The notes: generated by a model not told the origin, from the letters alone. Positions 38,113 to 50,199 are shown, counted from the first letter of the stretch. The stretch is 64,000 nucleotides of DNA from Alphaproteobacteria bacterium (GCA_009784815.1 WQXN01000002.1:94667-158666), one strand, 5' to 3'. Numbers and translations: made by a program.

Positions 38113-38834
38113 TGCTTAAACCCGAAGAACACCGCATAAAAGGCTCTGGCGAACTGAACGAAATGTTTAACGCGCTAAGCCGCACGGCCAAAGGCCTTCA
38201 GCGTGACTTCGGCGAAGTCGAAAACCTTCAAAGCTCGATCAAGGGCGCGAAAGGCTTCGTGGACAAAGCGATCCAACGGATCGAGGGCATGATCCTAAGC
38301 GACCTTCAGCTTATACGTCCCCAAGCCGCGATCACGACTACGAACGGCTTTGTGGAAGGCGACGGGGTCGACGAATTCGTGCTGGGCTTTTCTGGCGCGG
38401 GGAACTTCATCCGCGGCAATCCTCACTTCGCGATTTCGCTTGCGCTGATGCACCGGGGCGAAACTGTGATCGGGCTTGTCTATTCTCCGATCGAAGACCG
38501 TCTTTACTTCGCGGAAAAGGGCAGGGGCGCGTTTATATTCGCTCCGTTTCACAGCCAGCGCATGCGCGTTTCGGACCGCACCGCTTCCGACGGTATGACG
38601 GTCTACTGCGACTACGCGAACAGAAATATTCCGTTTGAAAATATAAGAATCTCGGGTTGCACCGCGCTCGATATGGCGTACATAGCGTCGGCCAAAGCCG
38701 ACCTGCTTGTGTCGGCGGCTCCTGGTCTTCCTGAAACCTGTGCGGGCCGGCTTCTGATCGAAGAAGCGAACGGTTTCGTCGAGTTCGAGGGCGGCGACCT
38801 CCGCGCCGGCAACCCGCATGCCAAAAATATATAA
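38112..38834 (+). CDS. inositol monophosphatase/SuhB-family protein with a degenerate active site
   Basis: GNFIRGNPHFAISLAL and GLVYSPIEDRLYFAEKGRGAF match the IMPase fold. The DPxDGT metal site reads GFSGAG, and WDxAAG reads ETCAG. Confidence 0.75.
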   Translation: MLKPEEHRIKGSGELNEMFNALSRTAKGLQRDFGEVENLQSSIKGAKGFVDKAIQRIEGMILSDLQLIRPQAAITTTNGFVEGDGVDEFVLGFSGAGNFIRGNPHFAISLALMHRGETVIGLVYSPIEDRLYFAEKGRGAFIFAPFHSQRMRVSDRTASDGMTVYCDYANRNIPFENIRISGCTALDMAYIASAKADLLVSAAPGLPETCAGRLLIEEANGFVEFEGGDLRAGNPHAKNI

Positions 38835-39900
38835 ACTTTTCATAACTTTTGCCTTTTTTATTTTGCCTTTTACCTTTGCTCATGCCAACGACCTTGCGCG
38901 CGTGCAATCCGAAATCGCGGCCGAACGTAAACGCAGTCAAGACCTGGACAAACAGCTTCGCGCCTCGGACCGCAACGTCGCAAGAACCCAGCGCGAGCTG
39001 GTGCAAGCAACGGCCCAAATGTCCGAACTTGAATCCGAACAGGACCGGCTTGGACAAAGAATGAAGGAACTTAAAAATCGCGATGCCGAACTCCGTCGCA
39101 AGATCGAATCGAACCAAGCAAGCCTTCGCGAAACCGCCGCCGCGCTTCTTCAAATCGCTTCGCAGCCGACCACCGCAAGCCTTGCCGCGGGTGAAAGCCT
39201 GTCGGCCTCGATACTTCTATCGGGCATAGCGGACCGGTTTGATGCCGAACTGCGCGAAAGTGAAGCGGCGATGAAAGAGCTTTCCGAAACTCAAACCCAA
39301 ATGGCTCGCCAGCAAAGATCGGTCGACGCCTCGGCTAAAAAACTGACCCAGCAGAAAACGCGGCTGGACGGCCTTATGAAAACTCGTTCGGCCCAAAGCT
39401 CTAAACTGCGCGCGCAGTCGGGCGCGTCCGAAGCCCGCCTCAAGGAATTGGCCGCCCGCGCCAAAAGCATAGCCGAGCTTTCAGATAACATAAGCGGAAC
39501 CACGACGGTCTCGGCGGCTTCGATGGGGCGCCTCAAAACTCCCGTCCGCGGTATGCTTCTGCGTGGTTTCGGCGATAGATCCGCGCTTGGCATGACCTCC
39601 GACGGCTGGCACATAAGAACTCGTAGGAATGAAACCGTAATCGCTCCGGACGACGCGTTTGTCGAATTTGCGGACAACTTCCGCGGTCGGAATATTGTCT
39701 TGATTCTAAACCACCGTAACGGCTATTATACTGTACTCGCTCAGCTGGAAGAAACATCGGTCATAGCGGGCCAAACGGTAATGGCCGGCGAACCCGTAGG
39801 CAGAATGGGAGCCACAAATCCCGAGCTTTATCTCGAGCTAAGACGGGCAAAGCGGGCCATAGACCCCGCGCGTCATTTTAACAAACCAAAAGGATTGTAA
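38818..39900 (+). CDS. EnvC-like murein hydrolase activator (coiled coil plus degenerate LytM/M23 domain)
   Basis: Signal peptide, about 200 aa of coiled coil, then C-terminal LILNHRNGYYTVLAQL ... LYLELR. Confidence 0.8.
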   Translation: MPKIYKLFITFAFFILPFTFAHANDLARVQSEIAAERKRSQDLDKQLRASDRNVARTQRELVQATAQMSELESEQDRLGQRMKELKNRDAELRRKIESNQASLRETAAALLQIASQPTTASLAAGESLSASILLSGIADRFDAELRESEAAMKELSETQTQMARQQRSVDASAKKLTQQKTRLDGLMKTRSAQSSKLRAQSGASEARLKELAARAKSIAELSDNISGTTTVSAASMGRLKTPVRGMLLRGFGDRSALGMTSDGWHIRTRRNETVIAPDDAFVEFADNFRGRNIVLILNHRNGYYTVLAQLEETSVIAGQTVMAGEPVGRMGATNPELYLELRRAKRAIDPARHFNKPKGL

Positions 39901-39901
39901 T

Positions 39902-41200
39902 ATGCTTAAAAATATATTCATGGCGGTTTTCATAATATTTTTCGCCACCGCCTGCGACGCGTCGACCAAAAAGGACGCGGACAAAAAAATAGAACGTCTG
40001 ACGGACGAACAAATATACGAAATGATGAAAAAATTCGCCGAAGTCTTCGAAGTTATGCGCGAAGCCTACGTCGAAGAAGTGGACGAAAGAAAAGCCCTCG
40101 AAGCGGCGATGCACGGTATGCTCTCAAGCCTCGATCCTCACTCGTCGTTTCTAGCGGCGGAAGACCTGAAGGAATTTCGTGAAAAGGCTCATGGTGAATT
40201 CGGAGGTCTTGGCATACAAATCACATCGGACAAAGGCGCGATAAGGGTAATATCTCCGATAGACGGCACTCCGGCGGACCGCGCCGGAATCAAAGCGGGC
40301 GACTTCATCACGCACATAGACGGCGAACAGGTGGGCGGCATGACCCTGTCCGAGGCGGTGAAACGCATGAAGGGCAAACCCGGCACCAAAGTCAAGTTGA
40401 CGATCATGCAGTCCCGCGGCGCGCCCAAAACGATCGAGCTTACGCGCGCGATAATAAAAGTGGACAGCGTCAAGGCTGAAATGCGCGAAGACGTCGCGTA
40501 CATAAGAATATCCGACTTCGGCGCAAGAACGGTGCGCGACTTGGAAGCGGCGATAAAAAGACTGAACAAAGGCAAAACGAAACCGACGGGCTTCGTTCTT
40601 GATATGAGGAACAACCCGGGCGGATATTTGTCTGCGGCGATAAACGTTGCCGATATGTTCTTGGACGGCGGCGAAATAGTGTCGACCCGCGGCCGCGCCA
40701 AGGACGACATAGACAGAACCTTCGCAAAACCGGGAGACAAAACCAAAGGCCTTCCGATAGTCGTGCTGATAAACCACGGTTCGGCCAGCGCGTCGGAAAT
40801 CGTCGCTGGCGCGCTTCAGGACAACAAGCGCGCGATAGTCATGGGCACGAAATCTTTCGGCAAGGGCAGCGTCCAGCAGCAAATGCCTCTTGGCGACGGC
40901 ACCGCGATCCACCTGACGATCGCGCGTTACTATACGCCCTCGGGCCGTTCGATTCAATCCAAAGGTATCGAACCGGATGTCGAGGTTCTTCAATCTCGCG
41001 TGGAAGTGATAGAATCCCGCCGCGATATTTTTTCCGAAGCCACTCTGCGCGGCGCGCTGGACAAGGATAACAAGGATAAAGACGAAGACGAAAGCGACCG
41101 CATAAGACTCGGCGAGAAAAATGATTATCAATTGATCCGCGCGCTTGATATGGTCCGCGCCATGTCCCGCATGCCCGGAAAAGGCAAGCATAATGACTAA
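39902..41200 (+). CDS. ctpA: carboxy-terminal processing protease (S41)
   Basis: PDZ domain and GSASASEIVAGALQD motif. Confidence 0.9.
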   Translation: MLKNIFMAVFIIFFATACDASTKKDADKKIERLTDEQIYEMMKKFAEVFEVMREAYVEEVDERKALEAAMHGMLSSLDPHSSFLAAEDLKEFREKAHGEFGGLGIQITSDKGAIRVISPIDGTPADRAGIKAGDFITHIDGEQVGGMTLSEAVKRMKGKPGTKVKLTIMQSRGAPKTIELTRAIIKVDSVKAEMREDVAYIRISDFGARTVRDLEAAIKRLNKGKTKPTGFVLDMRNNPGGYLSAAINVADMFLDGGEIVSTRGRAKDDIDRTFAKPGDKTKGLPIVVLINHGSASASEIVAGALQDNKRAIVMGTKSFGKGSVQQQMPLGDGTAIHLTIARYYTPSGRSIQSKGIEPDVEVLQSRVEVIESRRDIFSEATLRGALDKDNKDKDEDESDRIRLGEKNDYQLIRALDMVRAMSRMPGKGKHND

Positions 41201-44200
41201 AAATAAATTCATAGCGGACGGTAACTTTGCGGCGGCTGACGTTGCGTACCGCTGCTCGGAATTTGCGGCGATCTACCCGATTACGCCAAGCTCCACAATG
41301 GGCGAGCTGGTGGACGAATGGTCATTCAAACAGCGCAAGAACCTCTGGGGCGACGTGGTAAGCGTGACCGAAATGCAATCCGAGGGCGGCGCGGCCGGCG
41401 CGCTTCACGGCGCGTTGCAAATGGGACTGAAGTGCAGCACCTTTACGGCGTCCCAAGGCCTTCTGCTGATGATTCCGAATATGTATAAGATCGCTGGGGA
41501 ACAAACTCCGTTCGTGATGCACGTTGCCGCGCGCGCGATCGCGACTCACGCGCTTTCGATATTCGGGGACCACTCTGACGTGATGTCGGTGCGTCAGACT
41601 GGCTTCGCGTTGCTCTGTTCGTCCAGCGTCCAGGAAGCCCACGACATGGCTGCTGCGGCTCACGCGGCGACGTTTTCGTCGCGCGTTCCGTTTCTACATT
41701 TTTTTGATGGGTTTAGAACCAGTCACGAGGAGTCCCGTCTTGATTTGATACCGGACGCCAAGCTTATGAAAATCCTGCCCGCGGCCGCGATGACCGCGGC
41801 AAGGAAACGCGGCATGACGCCGGACAATCCGACCATTCGCGGCACGGCGCAAAATCCGGACGTGTTCTTCCAAGGGCGCGAAGCGGCGAATAAACTGTAC
41901 GACCAAGTGCCGGACCTGGTGGCGGCCGCCTTTGCGAAAATTAAAAAAGAAACGGGCCGCGAATACGGGCTCGTGGAATACTACGGAAATAAAAAAGCCG
42001 AGAATATAATGGTGGCTATGGGCAGCGGCACGGAAACTATAATCGAAACTCTGAATCATCTACCGAAAAATTTGGGGCTGATCCGCGTGCGGCTTTATCG
42101 TCCATTTCCGACCAAAGCGTTTTTGAAAGCTCTTCCTAAAACCGCTAAACGCATAGCGGTGCTGGACCGAACGAAAGAGCCCGGCAGCATAGGCGAACCC
42201 CTCTACCAAGACGTAAAAACGATAGTACCCTGCAAAATGGAAGTGTACGGCGGCCGCTACGGCCTCGGAAGTAAGGAATTCAAACCCAGGGACGTCAAGG
42301 CGATAGCGGAAGGCCTTCTTCGCGGAACGCTAAAACATAACTTCACGGTCGGAATAGAGGACGACCTGACAAAACTGTCGCTAAAGACTGACCCGGCCTT
42401 CGCGAACGACGACAAGGGATACAAATCGGCCATACTTTACGGCATTGGCTCGGACGGAACTGTGGGCGCGGTAAAGAACATAGTGAAAATAGTGGGGCAT
42501 AATTCGGACCTTTACCCGCAAAGCTACGCGGTCTACGATTCGAAAAAATCGGGCGGTCTGACGGCCTCGCATCTGCGTTTTGCGCCGACGCCGATTCGTT
42601 CTCAATACCTGGTCGAATACGCCGATTTTATAGCGGTGTCGAATTTCGCGATCGCGCAAAGGTTCGACGTGTTCAAAGGTCTAAGGCCGGAAGGCACGGT
42701 GATGATAAACACGGACCTTCTCCCGGAAGAAGCCTTCGCTAACCTACCGAAAGAATCCCAGGAACATCTGATGCGCCTCCGCGCGAAAGTGTATTTTCTG
42801 GACGCGAACAGGGGTGCGCGCGAACTGGGCCTTGGAAGGCGCATCAACACTTTCATAATGCTGAACTTCTTTAACCTTACGAAAATTATCGACCCTAAAA
42901 TCGCGGCCTCGGCGGCCAGGGACGCGATTGAAAAAACCTACGGCAAAAAAGGAAGTCAAGTGGTCAAGGCCAACTGGGCGGCGGTTGACCGCGCCGGCGA
43001 ATTTTTGCGCGAATTCAAAATGCCTGGCCGCCCGTCGAAATTCGCGCCGGACTGGATACCGCCCATGAATAAAAATGCGCCGCCCAAAATCGCGGGCGTG
43101 CTGGGTAAAATCGCCGCTAATAAAGGAGACGATCTTCCGGTATCGGCCTTCGCGCCCGGCAAAATGTTTGGCTGCGGGGAATTCCCGACCGGCACCTCTA
43201 AATACGAAAAAAGAAATATATCGGCGGTCGCGCCAAAATGGCTAAGCGACAAATGCGTCCAATGCGGCAAATGCGCGATGATGTGCCCTCATTCGGTGAT
43301 AAGACAGAACGCGGCCGAAAAATTTGCCAAATCGATCCCAAGCGTCCCGATGAAAACGCCCGAACTTGGCAAAGGTCTGCAGTTCGCGTTGACGGTCTCG
43401 CCGATGGATTGCACGGGCTGCGGGATCTGCGTAAAAACCTGTCCGACCGCGGCGCTTGAAATGAAGCCGGTCGACATAAAGGACCAAGTGGCGTTTGACG
43501 CGGCGGCCAAGCTTCCTGAATTCGACCGCGCGAAATTGAATCTGAACGTGCCGAAACATCTTGGCTTCTGTGAAAATCTGTTTGAATTTCCAGGTGCCTG
43601 CGGCGGTTGCGGCGAAACGCCGTATATAAAAATGATAACTCAGCTGTTCGGCGACCGAATGGTGGTTGCTAACGCGACGGGCTGCAGTTCGATCTTCGGC
43701 GCGACCCTGCCGACGACGCCATACGCCAAGAACGCCAAGGGCAGGGGCCCGGCCTGGTCTAATTCGTTGTTTGAAGACAACGCGGAATACGGCCTGGGCA
43801 TAAGGCTGGCGCTGGATCAAAAGCGCGAGATGCTTAGAACTGCGGCGCATAAGGCGGGCATAAAAAACATCGACGATATGCTGTCCGAAAAAGACATCGC
43901 GAAACAGCGCAAGTTTGAAGATCATCTAAAGAAAAAACTCCCGGACCTAGCGGACGCGGTGGTGGACAAATCGCTTTGGATTATCGGTGGTGACGGCTGG
44001 GCGTACGACATCGGCTACGGCGGTCTTGACCACGTGCTTCACAGCGGCAAGAACGTTAATATCCTCGTGCTTGATACGGAAGGCTATTCGAACACGGGCG
44101 GCCAGCAGTCGAAATCTACTCCGTTCGCGGCCTCGATGAAGTTCGCGGTCGGCGGCAAGGACATCAAGAAAAAAGACCTTGGCATGATCGCAATGATGAG

Positions 44201-44648
44201 CGGCGCATACGTGGCGCAAATTGCGCTCGGCGCGGACCACGCCCAGGCTCTGCGCGCGATCCGCGAAGCCGAAACCTATCCGGGGCCGTCCTTAATTCTT
44301 GCGTACTCGCATTGTATTTCTCACGGAATCAACGATATGTCGGAAGGTCCGGCGCATCAGAAAAAACTTGTGCAGACGGGCGCCTGGCCGCTGTATAGAT
44401 TCGATCCAAGACGCATAAGCCTGGGCGAATCTCCGTTTCAGCTTGACGCGGGCGGCTCCCAAGAAGTGCCTCTTGCGGAATTTTTGTCGCTTGAAAACCG
44501 GTTCAGCATCGCGAAAAAACACGACGAATCCAAGTTCAATAAACTTGTCCGCCTGGCGCAGAATGACAATGAATATAAACGCGAGCTGAAACGCCACATC
44601 GCGCAATTCGCGCTCTTAAGAAATTCACCCAAATCGAACGAGGGCTAA
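41193..44648 (+). CDS. nifJ: pyruvate:ferredoxin (flavodoxin) oxidoreductase, single-chain
   Basis: About 1150 aa. YPITPSS N-terminus, two 4Fe-4S motifs (CVQCGKCAMMCP, CTGCGICVKTCP) and the TPP motif GGDGWAYDIG. ATG 41193 overlaps the ctpA stop. Confidence 0.9.
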   Translation: MTKNKFIADGNFAAADVAYRCSEFAAIYPITPSSTMGELVDEWSFKQRKNLWGDVVSVTEMQSEGGAAGALHGALQMGLKCSTFTASQGLLLMIPNMYKIAGEQTPFVMHVAARAIATHALSIFGDHSDVMSVRQTGFALLCSSSVQEAHDMAAAAHAATFSSRVPFLHFFDGFRTSHEESRLDLIPDAKLMKILPAAAMTAARKRGMTPDNPTIRGTAQNPDVFFQGREAANKLYDQVPDLVAAAFAKIKKETGREYGLVEYYGNKKAENIMVAMGSGTETIIETLNHLPKNLGLIRVRLYRPFPTKAFLKALPKTAKRIAVLDRTKEPGSIGEPLYQDVKTIVPCKMEVYGGRYGLGSKEFKPRDVKAIAEGLLRGTLKHNFTVGIEDDLTKLSLKTDPAFANDDKGYKSAILYGIGSDGTVGAVKNIVKIVGHNSDLYPQSYAVYDSKKSGGLTASHLRFAPTPIRSQYLVEYADFIAVSNFAIAQRFDVFKGLRPEGTVMINTDLLPEEAFANLPKESQEHLMRLRAKVYFLDANRGARELGLGRRINTFIMLNFFNLTKIIDPKIAASAARDAIEKTYGKKGSQVVKANWAAVDRAGEFLREFKMPGRPSKFAPDWIPPMNKNAPPKIAGVLGKIAANKGDDLPVSAFAPGKMFGCGEFPTGTSKYEKRNISAVAPKWLSDKCVQCGKCAMMCPHSVIRQNAAEKFAKSIPSVPMKTPELGKGLQFALTVSPMDCTGCGICVKTCPTAALEMKPVDIKDQVAFDAAAKLPEFDRAKLNLNVPKHLGFCENLFEFPGACGGCGETPYIKMITQLFGDRMVVANATGCSSIFGATLPTTPYAKNAKGRGPAWSNSLFEDNAEYGLGIRLALDQKREMLRTAAHKAGIKNIDDMLSEKDIAKQRKFEDHLKKKLPDLADAVVDKSLWIIGGDGWAYDIGYGGLDHVLHSGKNVNILVLDTEGYSNTGGQQSKSTPFAASMKFAVGGKDIKKKDLGMIAMMSGAYVAQIALGADHAQALRAIREAETYPGPSLILAYSHCISHGINDMSEGPAHQKKLVQTGAWPLYRFDPRRISLGESPFQLDAGGSQEVPLAEFLSLENRFSIAKKHDESKFNKLVRLAQNDNEYKRELKRHIAQFALLRNSPKSNEG

Positions 44649-45092
44649 ATGAAATCGGTGCTTTTGCCTTTTACCTTTTTTCTTTTGCCTTTTTTTCTAT
44701 TGTCCTGCGCGACCCAAACCCGTCCTCGCGGTTACGTGTTTCCTGAAAACGCGGCGGAACTTGCTGCTGCGGCGAAAACTCAGGCTGATATAGAAAGGGC
44801 GTTCGGCAGTCCGGGCGCGACCAGTCTTCACGGCGGCAGATACTGGATATACTACAGCATGGATGAAAATCTTCGCGGTCCGTTTCCGCTTAAGTACGAC
44901 AATCGCCGCGCGCTGATAGTAAAAATGGACGACCGCGGCAAAGTACTGTTTGCGAAACTGCTGGAAGAAAAAGACTTCCCGAAAACGCCCAAACCTTCGA
45001 ACGACGCGACTCCGGTGCCCGCCGCGATCGAGCTTAATATGTTCCAAGAATTGATAAACAACATCGGCCGCTTCACTCCCGGCGGAGTATAA
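44649..45092 (+). CDS. bamE: BamE (SmpA/OmlA) lipoprotein
   Basis: Lipobox FLLSC, then RGYVFPENA...DIERAFGSP...YWIYY. Confidence 0.7.
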   Translation: MKSVLLPFTFFLLPFFLLSCATQTRPRGYVFPENAAELAAAAKTQADIERAFGSPGATSLHGGRYWIYYSMDENLRGPFPLKYDNRRALIVKMDDRGKVLFAKLLEEKDFPKTPKPSNDATPVPAAIELNMFQELINNIGRFTPGGV

Positions 45093-45107
45093 CTAAAGGA
45101 AATCATC

Positions 45108-45275
45108 ATGGCGACAACGATCAATACCGGCGCGCAAAAATTAACGCCTGAAAATTTTATCCTGGCCTGTTGCGGCGACCGCTGCGCTTGGTGCAGCTCT
45201 AAGGATAATTGTAAAATTCGAACGGCCGAGATCCTGCGCCTGACTAATCTTCTGCGTCAGCTTAAAATCGAGCTG

Positions 45276-45284
<9 letters not shown>
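45108..45284 (+). CDS. small Cys-rich protein (58 aa)
   Basis: Below the ORF-track cutoff. AAAGGA RBS 7 nt before ATG. Sequence MATTINTGAQKLTPENFILACCGDRCAWCSSKDNCKIRTAEILRLTNLLRQLKIELLR. The 3' end overlaps the rsmE stop convergently. Confidence 0.4.
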
Positions 45285-47289
<2,005 letters not shown>

Positions 47290-47297
47290 CAAAAAAA

Positions 47298-47328
47298 GTT
47301 GTCATCCCCGGCTTGACCGGGGATCTCC
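47298..47328. repeat. hairpin repeat, type I
   Basis: GTTGTCATCCCCGG-CTTGA-CCGGGGATCTCC preceded by an A7 run, directly after the eno stop. Confidence 0.55.
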
Positions 47329-47372
47329 TAACGCAATCAGAGCTTACCCTAATCCACTCACAAGGAACGCGC

Positions 47373-47591
47373 ATGACGTTTTTAAGTCTTGACCTTATGC
47401 AAGTCTTCTACCACGCGGCGGCAATCGCGGCAATAGTGGGCGTGTCCCTGTTTCCGGTTTTTCTGGGGCGTCTGACCGGCTGCGGCAGCTACGAGATGGC
47501 AAGAATAATCGCCGGCTCGACTATACTGGGCTGGACGGTCTTCGGCTGGTTCTACGCCCTCTACCTCTCGACCAACCTAAAATTCAAATAA
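47373..47591 (+). CDS. small membrane protein, superinfection-immunity-like
   Basis: 72 aa. ..ARIIAGSTILGWTVFGWFYALYLS resembles the xxLLGWTxxGWxxALxWA signature. RBS AAGGA. The track start at 47313 reads through the repeat. Confidence 0.5.
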   Translation: MTFLSLDLMQVFYHAAAIAAIVGVSLFPVFLGRLTGCGSYEMARIIAGSTILGWTVFGWFYALYLSTNLKFK

Positions 47592-47693
47592 TAAATAGTT
47601 ATAATCTTTTTTCGCATCCTCTTATTACTTATCCTCTTTTTTTCTCCCTCGATTTATGATATAATACCCTTAAGAGAATATAGGGAAACCCGC

Positions 47694-48842
47694 ATGAAAC
47701 TCAGGCTTTTAGCCATTTTTTCACTGGTTGCAACGGTGGTGTCTACAGGTCCGTCATCTGCGCAGCAATTCGGCTGGCAGCAGCCTAATGTGAATACGGT
47801 CCAAGGTCATAACATGGCCTTCGCCCAGCAACAAGCCCTGATGCAGCAGCGCGCTGTGGCCGGTCAGCAGCATCAGTTTATCCCCCAGCAGCCGATGAAC
47901 CCTCAGTTTATAAACCCGGCCATGGTGGCGCAAATGCCCCAAGCCACTCACCCGAACAGGGTCACGGGCACGTTGCCGACGGTCGGAAGGAACAGTGCGG
48001 CCAACGCCGGCAGACAATATATGAACCCTTCGCAGTTTGATCGTTTAGCCGAGAGCGGCCTGTACGTAGGCCTTTCCCTGGCTTATTCCTATAACGTTAT
48101 GGGCGGCATGACCTCTCGTTATAACGACTGGCTTGTGCCTGGATCGGGTAGGGCGGTGGGTTACGACACGTCCGGCGCGGTGCTTCCTCTGCAAATTTCT
48201 ATCGGCGCGGCGCTGAACACGGACGTCCGCGTGGACTTTTCATACACTCGCTACGGCGGAATAAGCTATCCGTCGGTGGTCAAAGCCCCTGACGGCGCGG
48301 GTGGCTTTATGAACCTTCAGGCTTACGACGGCGCGATTACAAGCAACGTCACGATGCTGAACGTATACTATAACATAGATAGTTACATGGGTAACCTTGT
48401 CGGCGGCGCGCTAAGACCATACGTTGGAGTAGGTCTTGGTATATCGGTTAACACGATAGGCGACTATATTATATACGACCCGGAATATTACGTCGAAGAC
48501 GACCTTTTCCCGGGCCAATTACCTGGAACCCTGGTGGGAGTGTCAGATATTTACGCCTATCATTCGGGCGGCACGACGGAACAGCTGGCCTATATGCTTG
48601 AAGGCGGACTGACTACTACGCTTGACAGCGGTATGCGGGTTGATTTTTTCGTAAGATGGATGAATCTGGGCCAAGTCGAAAGCTCGGGCAGCGTGGTTTT
48701 GTCTCAAACGGAATGGCTTGCTGACGGCTTCGGCGGGGAATTTCCTGCGGACTACGAAAGCGTTTTCCATTACACGAACTATCGCGAATCCGGAAGGCTC
48801 TCGACGCTTGACATCGGTATTCGCCTAAGAATCCAATTCTAA
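47694..48842 (+). CDS. outer-membrane beta-barrel protein with a Gln-rich N-terminal region
   Basis: Signal peptide, a Q/P/M-rich stretch of about 90 aa (QQQALMQQRAVAGQQHQFIPQQPMNPQF), C-terminal ...IRLRIQF. Confidence 0.75.
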   Translation: MKLRLLAIFSLVATVVSTGPSSAQQFGWQQPNVNTVQGHNMAFAQQQALMQQRAVAGQQHQFIPQQPMNPQFINPAMVAQMPQATHPNRVTGTLPTVGRNSAANAGRQYMNPSQFDRLAESGLYVGLSLAYSYNVMGGMTSRYNDWLVPGSGRAVGYDTSGAVLPLQISIGAALNTDVRVDFSYTRYGGISYPSVVKAPDGAGGFMNLQAYDGAITSNVTMLNVYYNIDSYMGNLVGGALRPYVGVGLGISVNTIGDYIIYDPEYYVEDDLFPGQLPGTLVGVSDIYAYHSGGTTEQLAYMLEGGLTTTLDSGMRVDFFVRWMNLGQVESSGSVVLSQTEWLADGFGGEFPADYESVFHYTNYRESGRLSTLDIGIRLRIQF

Positions 48843-48912
48843 TTAAGCTTATAAACCAGTTGATAATCTCTGAATTGTCTGTTATGATGCCTAACAACTC
48901 GGAGAGAGAACG

Positions 48913-50199
48913 ATGTTAAAAAACCCAAACCTATATAAATTAAAGAATGGAATTCGCGTCCTGCTTGACCCGCTTCCGAACTTTGAATCCCTTGCGATGT
49001 ACGTTATGATCGGCACCGGCTCAAGGAACGAAATCGAAACGCCCAACCATTCGGAATTTGGTGTTTCCCACGCGCTGGAACATATGCTGTTCAAAGGAAC
49101 CAAGCGTCGCACGGCGACGCAATTAAACTACGAGGTTGCGGCAAATGGCGGAATATCGAACGCCTACACGACGTTCAATTTAACGGCGTACCACATGATG
49201 GTTCTGAAAGATAAACTGGATTTCGCGTTTGATTACATTTCGGACATATTTTTGCATTCGACCTTTCCTGAAGAAGAATTTAAAAAAGAAAAATCGATCA
49301 TAATTCAGGAAATCATGACCTATATGGATAATCCCGACTGGTGCGCCGAAGAACTAATGAACCAAACGATCTTCAAGGGCGGCCTCGGTCACGAGATCGC
49401 GGGCTCGATCGAAAGCGTGGCGAAATTGACTCGTCAAGACCTTATAAATTACCGTGACGCGACCTACTGCCCCGAAAATACGATTATTTCCCTATCCGGC
49501 GCGGGCATAGACAACGCTCCGGAAATATTAACCAAGCTCGAGAAATATTTTGGCGAAATGAAACCGGCCCCGGCGCGCGATTATATCAGGACAAGCTATG
49601 TCCGAAGCTCGGTCTGCAAGGTCAAACCCAATCTCGAGCATTCATACATAAGAATAATCTGGCCCTCGGCGAACAGTATGGATAAAAAGAAAAATATGCG
49701 TTCGAAAATCCTGGCGAACATTTTGGGTCAGGGTATGCACTCGCGCCTATACGAAGAAGTCCGCGAGAAACAGAATCTTGTCTACTATATAGGAATGGGG
49801 GTGGGCTCGTTCGAAGACATCGGCACAACGCAGATAAGCGCCCAAACCGCGCCCGGAAACGTGCAAAAAGTTGCGGCCGCCTGCGTCAAAGTTATAAAGG
49901 AACTGCTGGAATCTAAACCTATTACGGCCGACGAATTGAATCGTACCAAAGCGGTGGTTCTTGCCAGTCGTACTATCGCTATGGAGGATACGGGCAACCG
50001 GGCGGATTATTTCGCGTCGCATATGCTGATGTACGGGGACCTTTTGGCGCCGGATGAATATTCTAATGAACTGGACGCTATCACGACGGACGACCTTATG
50101 AATACCGCCCGCGAGATATTTGCGAACGAACCGTCGGTGATTATATACGGAGCCGAAAACGATTGCGACCCCGCCCAAACCACCCAAAAATTCAAATAA
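48913..50199 (+). CDS. M16 family zinc peptidase
   Basis: HALEH (HxxEH) motif. 428 aa. Second M16 gene in the window. Confidence 0.85.
   Translation: MLKNPNLYKLKNGIRVLLDPLPNFESLAMYVMIGTGSRNEIETPNHSEFGVSHALEHMLFKGTKRRTATQLNYEVAANGGISNAYTTFNLTAYHMMVLKDKLDFAFDYISDIFLHSTFPEEEFKKEKSIIIQEIMTYMDNPDWCAEELMNQTIFKGGLGHEIAGSIESVAKLTRQDLINYRDATYCPENTIISLSGAGIDNAPEILTKLEKYFGEMKPAPARDYIRTSYVRSSVCKVKPNLEHSYIRIIWPSANSMDKKKNMRSKILANILGQGMHSRLYEEVREKQNLVYYIGMGVGSFEDIGTTQISAQTAPGNVQKVAAACVKVIKELLESKPITADELNRTKAVVLASRTIAMEDTGNRADYFASHMLMYGDLLAPDEYSNELDAITTDDLMNTAREIFANEPSVIIYGAENDCDPAQTTQKFK

Noticed and set aside
38862-38880. Shared T-rich 15-17-mer TTTTGCCTTTTACCTTT in the envC-like gene (38865..), bamE (44663..) and, partly, upstream of LOG (13571..).
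   Set aside because: In both coding cases it is in frame as LPFTF inside hydrophobic signal peptides. It is short and of low complexity, so codon bias and convergence explain it without invoking a mobile element.
40151-41212. A 353-aa ORF antisense to ctpA. Similar long antisense ORFs occur at 50651..51892 (413 aa), 49747..50589 (280 aa), 32831..33604 (257 aa), 26865..27548 (227 aa), 43242..43925 (227 aa) and 14977..15624 (215 aa).
   Set aside because: Each lies entirely opposite or out of frame to a gene with unmistakable family motifs. Their products are Arg/His/Phe-rich low-complexity strings typical of shadow frames in GC-rich coding DNA. None has an RBS.
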